The notes beneath the pieces are model-generated. The model saw only the letters and a list, made by a program, of their open reading frames with translations. It did no database searches and was not told where the DNA came from. A stretch of DNA of 64,000 bases from Octopus bimaculoides (lineage: Eukaryota), in contig NC_068995.1 of the NCBI RefSeq assembly GCF_001194135.2, forward strand, positions 44,576,613 to 44,640,612, written 5' to 3'. A program made the translations under genes and the position numbers. Of the stretch, positions 25,456 to 37,869 are shown one piece after another. Position 1 is the first letter of the stretch. Each line of letters begins with the position of its first letter.

Positions 25456-27706
25456 CAATGTCATTACAGAAGATTATTTATTAAGAAATTCTGCTTTGAA
25501 AATAAACAATAAAAGGCTTGGCAAAATGTTAGGATTGATGAATTCCTTCCTTTACGTGACGTGACGTGACGTGACAAGAGTCAACATTTTACACAAATTC
25601 ATTTGTAAGAGTTACACGCCCTTAAATATACAACATGGTTAATACTCGGATTTATAATGCCAATAGTATAGTTGTTGTTTGTTCAAAGTATCTATTTTTG
25701 TCTAGGTTCTGTAATAAATCATTTTTTCGACGCAGGAATGGCCATGTGGTTAAAAAGCTCACTTTGCAAGCATGTGACTTCGGGTTCAGTCCCACAGCGC
25801 GACACCTTGAACAAACGTCTTCTCTTATAAACCCCGGGCCGACTAATACCTTGTGAATAAATTTGATAGACAGAAACTGTGTGGAATCCACACCACCACT
25901 TGACAACCAGTGTTGATTTGTTCACGTCTCCGTAACCTAGTGGTTCAGCAAAAGAGAACTATAGAATAAGTACTAGACTTTCAACCTTTCAAGGCGGTAC
26001 TCCAGCATGGCCACAATCAAACAAGACAATAGATACGACATATTCTGCAATTTGGCGTCACTGGTAGCCTAACATTCATTTACAACTCGTTTACAAATTG
26101 ATTAACCATAATCCTAATTATTTACGAGTTAATTAGTCAGTTTTATATCATCAGTTTTAATTGCTTTGTTAAAAATAAAAATAATAATTCGTAAACTAAC
26201 CAAGAAAAGGCAGAACAGCACCATCTGAAAAAGTCATAAAATATAAAATGTTATTTTAATGATGTCTTTGAAGTGATAGTATACAACAATAACAGGATAT
26301 TTACTAGTGAGAAAAACAAATCAAGCACAAGTTTTTAAATACCTTTAAAACAATAATTAGTTTGCTTGAATCATTGCAATATGCATAAATGATATAAATG
26401 TTTGGGAAAAAAAACCTACCTTTGAGCAATGCAAGTTTGTGGAACTAGATAAACTATATGAGGTGATGTCAGTAAATGAAAACGAAGAGAAAAGTTATTG
26501 TATTAGCTTACATAGGTTATTTAATAGCCCTTTGATATTTCAAGAAAGATCCCCCCCCCCTTTTTTTTTTTCAAATAGAAGAAAGAAAATTATGAAAGTG
26601 TAACAACAAATTTCTTCGAATCTTGTTATGATTTTCATGCATCTCTAGTATATAAATTAAGCCAAATGCACCAATCACAAAGTCTTATTTCTTCTTCCTC
26701 GAAACCATNNNNNNNNNNNNNNNNNNNNNNNNNNNNNNNNNNNNNNNNNNNNNNNNNNNNNNNNNNNNNNNNNNNNNNNNNNNNNNNNNNNNNNNNNNNN
26801 NNNNNNNNNNNNNNNNNNNNNNNNNNNNNNNNNNNNNNNNNNNNNNNNNNNNNNNNNNNNNAGGGTAGCGGACTCGCGGTCATAGGCTCGCGGTTTCGAT
26901 TCCCAGACCGGGCGTTGTGAGTGTTTATTGAGCGAAAACACCTAAAGCTCCACGAGGCTCCAACAGGGGATGGTGGCGAACCCTACTGTACTCTTTCGCC
27001 ACAACTTTCTCTCACTCTTTCTTCCAGTTTCTGTTGTGCCTGTAATTCAAAGGGCCAGCCTTGTCACACTTCGTGTCACGCCGAATCTCCCCGAGAACTA
27101 GATTAAGAGTACAGGTGTCTGTGGAGTGCTCAGCCACTTGCACGTTAATTTCATGAGCAGGCTGTTCCGTTGATCGGATCAACTGGAACCCTCGACGTCG
27201 TAAGCGACGGAGTGCCAACAACGACAACTGAGAAATATTTGCAACTAAATATCAAAAGATTCAGAAAAATGATTTTTGTCATTGATTTGACTTCTCTGAA
27301 GAGCCCCGTATAAATCAGAAGTCGCCAATCTTTTCCATTTGATTCTCTGGGTCCTATTTATTCTAAAAAATTTCTCCACAAATAGTTTTGCTGTCTACTT
27401 AAGGAGACTCACGCCCATTTCTTTCAGAAACTAACAATAGAATGGTTACGAATCTTTTAAAGATAAGGATTTCTAACCATTTCTAGACAATCAAAAGCTA
27501 TCATTATCGACATACTAGAAATCGTAATTACTGCGTGTTTCCATTCTAACCTAGCATTGATAGGCGGTTCTGGAACAATTGCGGAAATAGGTGAAACTAT
27601 GCTCTCAAGAGCACATTTAGAATTCGAGTTAGGATTAAAGCTTCCCCTGAAACTGGTGTGATTTTAATGATTAACGTTAAAACTACGTCTGTACCGAAAA
27701 TTCCCC

Positions 27707-27910
27707 GGATCTTTTTGGTTTGACGGGCAACACTTTGGGGTTAGGGTTAGGGTTAGGGTTATGAGTTTTAGGGTTAGGGTTAGGGTTATGAGTGAGGTTA
27801 TGGCAAAAATAATCATAACCCTAACCGTAATCCTAAAACTAACCCTAACTCTAAAACCCGAACCCTAACTCTAAAACCCGAACCCTAACCCTAAAACCCT
27901 AAAGCTAAAA
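27707..27910. repeat. Interstitial telomeric-like array (TTAGGG block then CCCTAA-like block), probable left end of a related element
   Basis: Starts GGATCTTTTT like the 24995 MITE; sequence runs into an N gap at 27981. Confidence 0.7.
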
Positions 27911-29379
27911 CCAGTACAAACGCATGAACGATGTCATAAATAAGAGTAACACGGGTAGTTGTTGTTGACAAACAACGGCANNNNNNNNNNNNNNNNNNNN
28001 NNNNNNNNNNNNNNNNNNNNNNNNNNNNNNNNNNNNNNNNNNNNNNNNNNNNNNNNNNNNNNNNNNNNNNNNNNNNNNNNNNNNNNNNNNNNNNNNNNNN
28101 NNNNNNNNNNNNNNNNNNNNNNNNNNNNNNNNNNNNNNNNNNNNNNNNNNNNNNNNNNNNNNNNNNNNNNNNNNNNNNNNNNNNNNNNNNNNNNNNNNNN
28201 NNNNNNNNNNNNNNNNNNNNNNNNNNNNNNNNNNNNNNNNNNNNNNNNNNNNNNNNNNNNNNNNNNNNNNNNNNNNNNNNNNNNNNNNNNNNNNNNNNNN
28301 NNNNNNNNNNNNNNNNNNNNNNNNNNNNNNNNNNNNNNNNNNNNNNNNNNNNNNNNNNNNNNNNNNNNNNNNNNNNNNNNNNNNNNNNNNNNNNNNNNNN
28401 NNNNNNNNNNNNNNNNNNNNNNNNNNNNNNNNNNNNNNNNNNNNNNNNNNNNNNNNNNNNNNNNNNNNNNNNNNNNNNNNNNNNNNNNNNNNNNNNNNNN
28501 NNNNNNNNNNNNNNNNNNNNNNNNNNNNNNNNNNNNNNNNNNNNNNNNNNNNNNNNNNNNNNNNNNNNNNNNNNNNNNNNNNNNNNNNNNNNNNNNNNNN
28601 NNNNNNNNNNNNNNNNNNNNNNNNNNNNNNNNNNNNNNNNNNNNNNNNNNNNNNNNNNNNNNNNNNNNNNNNNNNNNNNNNNNNNNNNNNNNNNNNNNNN
28701 NNNNNNNNNNNNNNNNNNNNNNNNNNNNNNNNNNNNNNNNNNNNNNNNNNNNNNNNNNNNNNNNNNNNNNNNNNNNNNNNNNNNNNNNNNNNNNNNNNNN
28801 NNNNNNCCCACAAGGGGCTACACACAAAGGGGACAAACAAGGACAGACGAACGGATTAAGTCGATTACATCGACCCCAGTGCGTAACTGGTACTTAATTT
28901 ATCGACCCGAAAGGATGAAAGGCAAAGTCGACCACGGCGGAATTTGAACTCAGAACGTAACGGCAGACGAATACCGCTAAACATTTCGCCCAGCGCGTTA
29001 ACGTTTCTGCCAGCCCGCCGCCTTGTGTAAGTATGTGGGGGGGGCGAGTGTGCGCACGTGCGTATAGACGTGTGTATATGTGTGTGAGGCTATCGTGTGT
29101 GTGTGTGCGTGTGCAAACTCTTGTGTGTAGTAGTTGATGTGAGCTTGTTCGAATGGTGTGTGTGGGCGTGTATGTGTGTGTGTGTGTGTGACCCTATAGT
29201 GTGCGTGTGTATTGTGTATGTTTATGTGCGAAAGTTGTATGTGTTTATTCGTGCTGTGTGTGTGTGTGTGTGTATTGATACATGTATGTGTATAGGTNNN
29301 NNNNNNNNNNNNNNNNNNNNNNNNNNNNNNNNNNNNNNNNNNNNNNNNNNNNNNNNNNNNNNNNNNNNNNNNNNNNNNN

Positions 29380-29435
<56 letters not shown>

Positions 29436-29967
29436 GCGCGCAGTAATAATCACATTATTTATTTATTACACTCGACAACAAATTTCAACTTTTTTTTATT
29501 TTTGTTTGTTACAGACACGTAAACTACTGATTCCTACCAAATTTCTGATGTTAATTTCAGATCAGATATCTAAATTTCTCTATCACATCCAGATTTTGTG
29601 TAACCGAAAACCCCTATTTTTCATTTTTTTTTTTCTCACCTGTTTCTATTACGAAAGCCGTCTAAGCTACTTTTCCATGCCACGTTCTATGTTAAGAATA
29701 TCTAAATAAATAACGAACAGGAATGTCTTTCCTCCTTTTTCCACCTTAAGACAGACAATAGAATTCCGCTGGCAGAGTTACCACCCCTGCGCTCAATCAG
29801 TCACCCGAAGCGTTTTACTAAGTGATTTGCATTTTACACAAAATCTAGACGCGAAAGAAAAAATCTAATTATAGATTTGAAATCAGCAAACCGAAATTAG
29901 CTAGAAACACCTATTTGGTCTAGTGTTAGAAACGTATGTGTAAGGAATATCGAAATCCAATACTCAC

Positions 29968-30489
29968 CGAAGTCTAGAACTATTGAAATATCCTTTTGTT
30001 TTCTCTGAAAAGTTCTTTGCATTTGGTCGATGAGTACTCTCATAAAATGTTTGTAGTCAGCTATGTCTTTGCTTCCGGGTGCAGCAACATACATCACTTC
30101 GTTTACCGACCGTCCATTTATCTGTTCAACGGCTATCATGTGAATACTATCGTCAGATTTACATAAAACACTGTATTCACGAGTTCTAACGTTACTCGCA
30201 CGTCGTTGAATATCTTCAAAGGCAGACCTTGAAACAACAACTATCACAGCATTGGTTGAAGGTTCCAAAATCCTACACTTGCGGACTTGGAATAAGTCAC
30301 TATAAACAGTTCTCTTACCATATGGATATACTCGTTTTTCAATAGCTAAAGCCATAAGGATTAGGGCGGCTTTATTCGTTGAGTAGATATTGAAAATCTG
30401 TTCCTTCTGTTTTATATTGGGCCTATCGGAAAACCACAGTAAACCCTCCACGAAGGCTTCAGCACATAAGCTAGGAGAGTAACCCTTCT
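29968..30489 (-). CDS. Next exon of the macrodomain gene: end of macro 1 (EKGYSPSLCAEAFVEGLLWF) plus a probable second degenerate macro-like unit
   Basis: ccatag acceptor in phase with the previous donor; 522-nt open frame; G|gtgagt donor; GY.P..CA..F....L.F completes the macro fold. Confidence 0.7.
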
Positions 30490-31578
30490 CTATGGATAAA
30501 AAAGAATCATTAAAAAACGTGTTGTTTAATTTGACTCTCACGTGATTTGAAGGATGTTCATGGATGATTCATGGATTAAAAGAGACGAAAAGCATGTGTG
30601 ATGAATTTTATAACTGGGGGNNNNNNNNNNNNNNNNNNNNNNNNNNNNNNNNNNNNNNNNNNNNNNNNNNNNNNNNNNNNNNNNNNNNNNNNNNNNNNNN
30701 NNNNNNNNNNNNNNNNNNNNNNNNNNNNNNNNNNNNNNNNNNNNNNNNNNNNNNNNNNNNNNNNNNNNNNNNNNNNNNNNNNNNNNNNNNNNNNNNNNNN
30801 NNNNNNNNNNNNNNNNNNNNNNNNNNNNNNNNNNNNNNNNNNNNNNNNNNNNNNNNNNNNNNNNNNNNNNNNNNNNNNNNNNNNNNNNNNNNNNNNNNNN
30901 NNNNNNNNNNNNNNNNNNNNNNNNNNNNNNNNNNNNNNNNNNNNNNNNNNNNNNNNNNNNNNNNNNNNNNNNNNNNNNNNNNNNNNNNNNNNNNNNNNNN
31001 NNNNNNNNNNNNNNNNNNNNNNNNNNNNNNNNNNNNNNNNNNNNNNNNNNNNNNNNNNNNNNNNNNNNNNNNNNNNNNNNNNNNNNNNNNNNNNNNNNNN
31101 NNNNNNNNNNNNNNNNNNNNNNNNNNNNNNNNNNNNNNNNNNNNNNNNNNNNNNNNNNNNNNNNNNNNNNNNNNNNNNNNNNNNNNNNNNNNNNNNNNNN
31201 NNNNNNNNNNNNNNNNNNNNNNNNNNNNNNNNNNNNNNNNNNNNNNNNNNNNNNNNNNNNNNNNNNNNNNNNNNNNNNNNNNNNNNNNNNNNNNNNNNNN
31301 NNNNNNNNNNNNNNNNNNNNNNNNNNNNNNNNNNNNNNNNNNNNNNNNNNNNNCCTTTCGGGGGTCGATAAATTAAGTACCAGTCAAACACTGGGGGTCG
31401 ATGTGATCGACTTGCCCCCTCTCCCACAAATTTCAGGCCTTGTGCCTATAGTAGAAAGGATTATTAGGAATCTCTTTGGAAACAGAAATTATTCATAAAG
31501 TCGAGAGAAAAGGTCGCAGAATAGTAATGAGAAAGCCCCAGAACAATTTAAACAAACGGAGAAAGATAAGATTCCACT

Positions 31579-32148
31579 TACAACATTATGTAACAAAATT
31601 TTAATTGCTTTTGTCTTTGGTCAGTAAGTGTTATTTCTCATTTGCTTCTTTCTAATAATTAAAGGGAATGACTACTAATTTCCTTCAAGCTTTGTTTCTG
31701 TGATCTGGACATCAGTGTTTTGAAACTGACCTATTTTCCATTACATTTCAGACACATTCAACGCTGAGTTACTGAAGTAGAAATATCGTTACAGCAAATA
31801 TTCTGCTCAACACCACAGATCTGCTTGTCAGTTCCTTTACTTTAAACCACGTGAGCATGTCATTTAGTGATCGATAACATGTGTATCTCTGATCATGAGC
31901 TGGAGTAGTTGGGGAGCATCATATTTATTTATTTATTTATGTGTTTCAGCCAAGTGGCTGCGGTCATGCTGGTGCACCACCGTGAAGAGGAATTCTTTGG
32001 GATATGTTGAGGAATTCTTTGGGATTTGAATAAATGTAATAAAAGCAAAGTTTGAAGAAAATATTAGCCATTTTTCATACTTTCTAGGGGTAAGCAAATA
32101 AGAAATAACAGTTGCTACCCAAGGACAAAAATCGTGTTACACAGTGTA
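31579..32148. mobile_element. Tc1/mariner-type MITE (TIR ~TACACTGTGTAAC...); partial copies at ~10625-10980 and ~62690-62945
   Basis: Left and right ends are inverted copies over ~70 bp; TA termini; shared internal sequence in three loci. Confidence 0.7.
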
Positions 32149-33085
32149 ATCAATAACAATTGTCAAAACTGAAATCGATCTGATGAGGTCACAGAAGTGT
32201 AACGAAAGAACTCTGGCCGAAATACGATTANNNNNNNNNNNNNNNNNNNNNNNNNNNNNNNNNNNNNNNNNNNNNNNNNNNNNNNNNNNNNNNNNNNNNN
32301 NNNNNNNNNNNNNNNNNNNNNNNNNNNNNNNNNNNNNNNNNNNNNNNNNNNNNNNNNNNNNNNNNNNNNNNNNNNNNNNNNNNNNNNNNNNNNNNNNNNN
32401 NNNNNNNNNNNNNNNNNNNNNNNNNNNNNNNNNNNNNNNNNNNNNNNNNNNNNNNNNNNNNNNNNNNNNNNNNNNNNNNNNNNNNNNNNNNNNNNNNNNN
32501 NNNNNNNNNNNNNNNNNNNNNNNNNNNNNNNNNNNNNNNNNNNNNNNNNNNNNNNNNNNNNNNNNNNNNNNNNNNNNNNNNNNNNNNNNNNNNNNNNNNN
32601 NNNNNNNNNNNNNNNNNNNNNNNNNNNNNNNNNNNNNNNNNNNNNNNNNNNNNNNNNNNNNNNNNNNNNNNNNNNNNNNNNNNNNATATATATATATATA
32701 TATAGGATGAAGTGGTAATTCGTAATGGTAACAGGTTAGTGAAAACTTCGTGATATGCACCAAAAGATGAATTGACAGAAGGCAAAAGTAACTTCATACA
32801 CATTTTATTTATCCGCCACAATTCGTCTTGTTATGAACCGTATACAAAAGGATGGGGGTCGCGCAACTTTAAGGATCTGTGTCAGATGTAGGGGACAGAA
32901 AGAGATAGACATACAATGTCTAACAAAAAACAACTGTCGGAAAAGAGCCGAAGAGGGTTCGAAATGGTACATGTTCGAAAGCAGAAAGTAGATCGGGCGA
33001 ACAATGGAAGTGAATGTAGAGAGGATATTATTATAACTAACTACACGTGAAGAAAATATTATCGTAATAATGTTTAAAAACTTAC

Positions 33086-33484
33086 CTATGCCCAAAATTG
33101 ATGTTGCAATCTCAGTTGCTTGTACATTTTGGGTCGAATTGACGGCCTTTCTGATGGAAAATGACAGTTTCATCAACGAATTCTGATAATCGTAATTTTT
33201 GTCTAATCGATATTGCGGAAGAACTAGAAGAATTATGTAGTTAAATTTCAATGGACCAGCATTTGTAATCAGCGTAGTACCAATCTCCATTTCTATGTTA
33301 TAATACTTTTCAAGCTCGGGCACAATTGCATCTCGTGCTCGACTAACTATCCGTGCAGTAACGCCCTCTAGTTTCGAAATAACTTGATTTGCTGGCAACA
33401 GAAGCGTGTCACCATTGCCCTTTTCTATTTTTCCATCCATCAAACGAATAACAAAACCACTAAAAGTATATTCATCAATTAGAG
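33086..33484 (-). CDS. Internal exon of a divergent macrodomain (A1pp/PARP9-14-like fold) protein
   Basis: FVIRLMDGKIEKGNGDTLLLPAN...IGTTLITNAGPLKFNYIILLVLP...EIATSILGI follows the macro pattern (GDIT/VNAAN/G.A..T.AG.L...VIH.VGP/SIA.P.I..G); ttgtag acceptor, G|gtaagt donor, phase 1/1. Confidence 0.75.
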
Positions 33485-34364
33485 CTACAAAACAAAAAGA
33501 GAAAAATTAATAGAAAAACAAAACTTTTTAAAATGAAATAATGTCGCACGAAAGCAGCATTGAATGGAACATTCGTGTTAGGTCATATTCAACACGTTCA
33601 AGTGCAGTCGAATGTAAAAAGACCTTTCGCTACGGAGCTAGTCCCGTGGAAATTTTTCTCCAGTTAGACATATGCAAAGACATCCCATCCCATCTTATAT
33701 CTTTACACATGTTAAAGAGGAGAATTTTTTTTTTTTTTTTTTTTTGCTCTGAAACTAGCTCCGCAGCAAAAGGCCTTCTCACGTTTGAGTACATTCGATC
33801 GTGTTAAATATGACTCTACACGAAAACGTTTTAACAATTACGGCATGGAAAAAGCTTTCAAAAACACTAAAAAAAAACTAACTTCACTTAAACATTTATT
33901 ATTTGGTGTCAAAAGTTTTATAATGCCATGGAAATGTGCCAGTGACCAGGTTGTAGTTAGTGTGACGAAAATTTTGACACGAAATATTAAATACTTCAAG
34001 TGAAATTAGCAGATTTTGAATGGCTAATATGTGTATTCTACACTGTAATTGTTTTAGTTTCCGGCCAAATCATTTGCGAGACAAGTACATCAGCGAAAAA
34101 TCTTTCATTTGGAAAGAAAGCGATCTGCCAGAATAGGCGTCAGTTGAGTTGTTTCTTATTGGTATATCATCTTAGTGGTTGTATCTGTGACTCCTTCGAG
34201 ATCTGAACTAGATCCATGGAACTGTAAATATGTTAGACGAATATAAACTACAAGGAAGTGTAGTCTACTGTGGTTGTAGACACTACGAGTGAGTTTAAAT
34301 CATTTGGTAGGTTTGGAGAAGATTTACACGAGAACACGTGTAATATATAATGTTACACTGGCTC

Positions 34365-35090
34365 ACACAAAATTATCAAAAGTAAAATGCAACCTAAATC
34401 ATTGAAAGAAATATTAACCAGCGCAAGACTATATCCATTTTAACAACAGAACCAAAAGTGAAAAAATGTGGTCGACCTAACTGTGGTACTTGCCCCCCCC
34501 CACCTTTTGGAGGGTTCAGAGTTACATTTTAAACAAGGTGAAATCTTTAAGATTAAATCAAATTTCACCTGTGCCTCGGAAAATCTAATCTATGCCATTA
34601 CATGCTTAGGGTGCAGTAATTACTATATTGGCCAAACAGGAATATGACTACTCTCCACGAAGAACAAATCCGCCACCCACATTACAGACAGATACAGGTC
34701 AGTGGACACATAGAAAGGTGTGCGAGGAATCTTAATCCTAATTTCCTAATTTTTCCCTTCTATCAATGTTCACAGAACACCTCAACACAACAAAGAATGA
34801 ATAAAGAGGCAACTTTCATCAATAAATATCTTCCTGAACTAAATATGAACACATAACATAATTTAGAACACTACTAACCTTCCATTGAATACCACTAACC
34901 CCCATACATCCCACACACCATTCACATTACAGATCTAGATTTACTCTAATTGCACCAAATCCAGAACTACTTACCTCCCTTACACATAATCTTTTTACTC
35001 AGGGACTAGTAGACCTGACACCGTTCAGTATTCGGTGTGCATTCAAAGCAATGATAAATAACATTAGGAAACCGGTATGCTTTTGAATCT
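34365..35090 (+). mobile_element. Penelope-like element 3' fragment: Cys-rich linker, GIY-YIG endonuclease, 3' UTR with degenerate hammerhead
   Basis: QPKSLKEILTSA, CGRPNCGTCP, FTCASENLIYAITCLGC..YYIGQTG, HIERC..F.IFPFY..R..KE..FI.K..P.LN; frameshifted; hammerhead-like 35041-35088. Confidence 0.85.
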
Positions 35091-36270
35091 CTTTAACAAT
35101 TCACAATAATGACTTTTACTACTTTTATTCCTACCTCAGTTCGTCTAATTGTATATATCTATCGTTACTTTTCATAAAAGCCTTTACTTTTTTTTATTTC
35201 CAATGTGCGTTTCCGCTTATTTTTCTTCTTACTTCCTCCCTTACATTTCCACGTGTAATTTCTATTTTGTTTTTGTAACATATTTCTATTATATAATCCT
35301 AGGTACTGGATTATCCGATTTTGGTTGTCCATTTTTCTAATGTTCTTCCCAGAGGTAAGACAAAAATTTTTTATGTTTGCTACCCTCACACCTCTTTGCC
35401 AATATATACACATTGAAGTTTTACTATAGCGTCGACTGCTATTTCCAGTAAACATCGGTGCTGTGTTGTACCACTACTCTCTCTCCCCCTCTCCCTCTTT
35501 CTCTCCCCCCCCTCTCTCTCTCTCTATATATATATATTGAAAAAAAAGTCGTCAGAATTTTGGAATAACTTCTTTCATTTATTTTATACATATATTAGCG
35601 CTTTCGTTCGTCTTTCGAACTTGTCAAATATAACTGTGAAAATACAGAGATCTAGCTTATTTATATAAAAACAGGTGTTTTGGGGGGTTTTGTTTATAAC
35701 AGAACATTNNNNNNNNNNNNNNNNNNNNNNNNNNNNNNNNNNNNNNNNNNNNNNNNNNNNNNNNNNNNNNNNNNNNNNNNNNNNNNNNNNNNNNNNNNNN
35801 NNNNNNNNNNNNNNNNNNNNNNNNNNNNNNNNNNNNNNNNNNNNNNNNNNNNNNNNNNNNNNNNNNNNNNNNNNNNNNNNNNNNNNNNNNNNNNNNNNNN
35901 NNNNNNNNNNNNNNNNNNNNNNNNNNNNNNNNNNNNNNNNNNNNNNNNNNNNNNNNNNNNNNNNNNNNNNNNNNNNNNNNNNNNNNNNNNNNNNNNNNNN
36001 NNNNNNNNNNNNNNNNNNNNNNNNNNNNNNNNNNNNNNNNNNNNNNNNNNNNNNNNNNNNNNNNNNNNNNNNNNNNNNNNNNNNNNNNNNNNNNNNNNNN
36101 NNNNNNNNNNNNNNNNNNNNNNNNNNNNNNNNNNNNNNNNNNNNNNNNNNNNNNNNNNNNNNNNNNNNNNNNNNNNNNNNNNNNNNNNNNNNNNNNNNNN
36201 NNNNNNNNNNNNNNNNNNNNNNNNNNNNNNNNNNNNNNNNNNTACATACATACATACATACATACATACA

Positions 36271-36306
<36 letters not shown>

Positions 36307-37192
36307 TATATATATTTATCTTATGATATTCACTTTACTTTATATTATACTCATTTATTGTGCTTTTAATTATTAATTTTTCTATATGTGATAGTGGATT
36401 TTCATCGATGAGTTCTTGAAACTTGGTTATTTTCCCTAAAATTACATATATTTTATATATATATATATATAATCTTTTACTTGTTTCAGTCATTAGACTG
36501 CATCCATGTTCTATACAGTCGCACAAAAGCGCACACATACACATACAAAAGAGTGGAACAGAGATTCGTAGCGTGGTGTGGTGGAGTGTTTCTCGGTACG
36601 GCCACTTAAAGCAGAAAGATAGAGGAATATACAAAGATACATACACATTTTGAAACCATCAGCAGAATCCTATTGTTTAATGCAAAGGATATATTTGAAA
36701 ACCTGAAATTTTGTAATATATTGTTGACGTCACTATATACAATCGTTTTGATTGGTTAATTTTAAAAACCAGATGGTATATAAGAAAAGGAAGAAGAAAA
36801 AGGAAAAGAAGGCTATGAAATGAATTAAAAAACAAAATTTAATTAGCAAATAGTAATTATGGACTAATGAAGAATAACCAACGTTTACAACACATTAACA
36901 TTTTGAAAACAGATCTATTGTTTTTTTTTTGTTTTTGATTTGCAAGATTTATATGCGAATTCTTGGCGTTGAAACAAGTCATGTTATGTCTAGGGAGGGT
37001 CATTATGCCAACACATGCACTGGTTCAACACCACTTCTTTATTTTACCAATCAACTATCCAATGGTTTGTTTAATGTGTTGATTGAATAATCAATCACTA
37101 ATTAGAGTTCTTTCGTTGCTAATCACGATCTCATTAATGACATGCCCTCACACTTCAAAGTCTGTTTTGAGTCCGTCTGAGGAGTAGTCTTC

Positions 37193-37228
<36 letters not shown>

Positions 37229-37869
37229 TGTATGTATGTTTTTGTTGTTTTCTTTTTTAGTGCAAGCCGATCGCTAACAAAGTGACAAAACTTATTGGGT
37301 TAAGAGAGTTCCCTGTTTTTGTAAATAGGTGGTTGAGTTGATGTGTTGGTCGAACTGTTGACACATACACCGAAGTGTGTGCACCTATTCACATAACAAT
37401 CTCAGATGGAGAATTTTTTAAATATGTATGTATGCATGTATCCATGAATGTATGTATGTATGTATGTATGTATGTATGTATGTATTATGTATGTATGTAT
37501 GTATGTATGTATTATGTATGTATGTATGTATGTATGTATTTATGTATGTATGTATGTATGTGTGTGTGTATGTGTGTTTGTGTGTATGTGAGTGTGAGTG
37601 TGTGTGTGTGTGAGTGTGTAAGTATGTATTTGTGTGTGGGAGTGTGTATGTGTATGTATGCAAGTTTGAAAGTACGAATGCAAGTATGTGTGTCATTATT
37701 CAATTTTATTTCAAGATTTCTTGCCAATAGAGAAAGAGCCGGTTTCTAACCTAGATCCAAGACTCCTTCATTGGAATTTCAACATCAACAACAGGATATT
37801 TTTGTATGTATGTATGTATATATGTATGTATGTATGTATGTAGCTTAACTAGATTGTCACTTAGATAGT

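Noticed and set aside
27245-27430. Possible last exon of the macrodomain gene (FLKEMGVSLLK*TAKLFVEKFF...SFDI*) with an in-frame TAG
   Set aside because: Phase 0 does not match the phase-1 donor at 29968 and it needs readthrough. It cannot be supported without gap sequence or RNA data.
24995-27910. Interpreting the TTAGGG arrays as a true chromosome end
   Set aside because: The arrays are short, internal, flanked by genes on both sides, and in one case enclosed by TIRs and a TSD.
27891-28897. Long ORF-track entries full of X (also 16414, 30564-31427, 32137-32821, 35584-36376, 42269-43660, 46452-48336)
   Set aside because: These are translated N gaps plus microsatellites.
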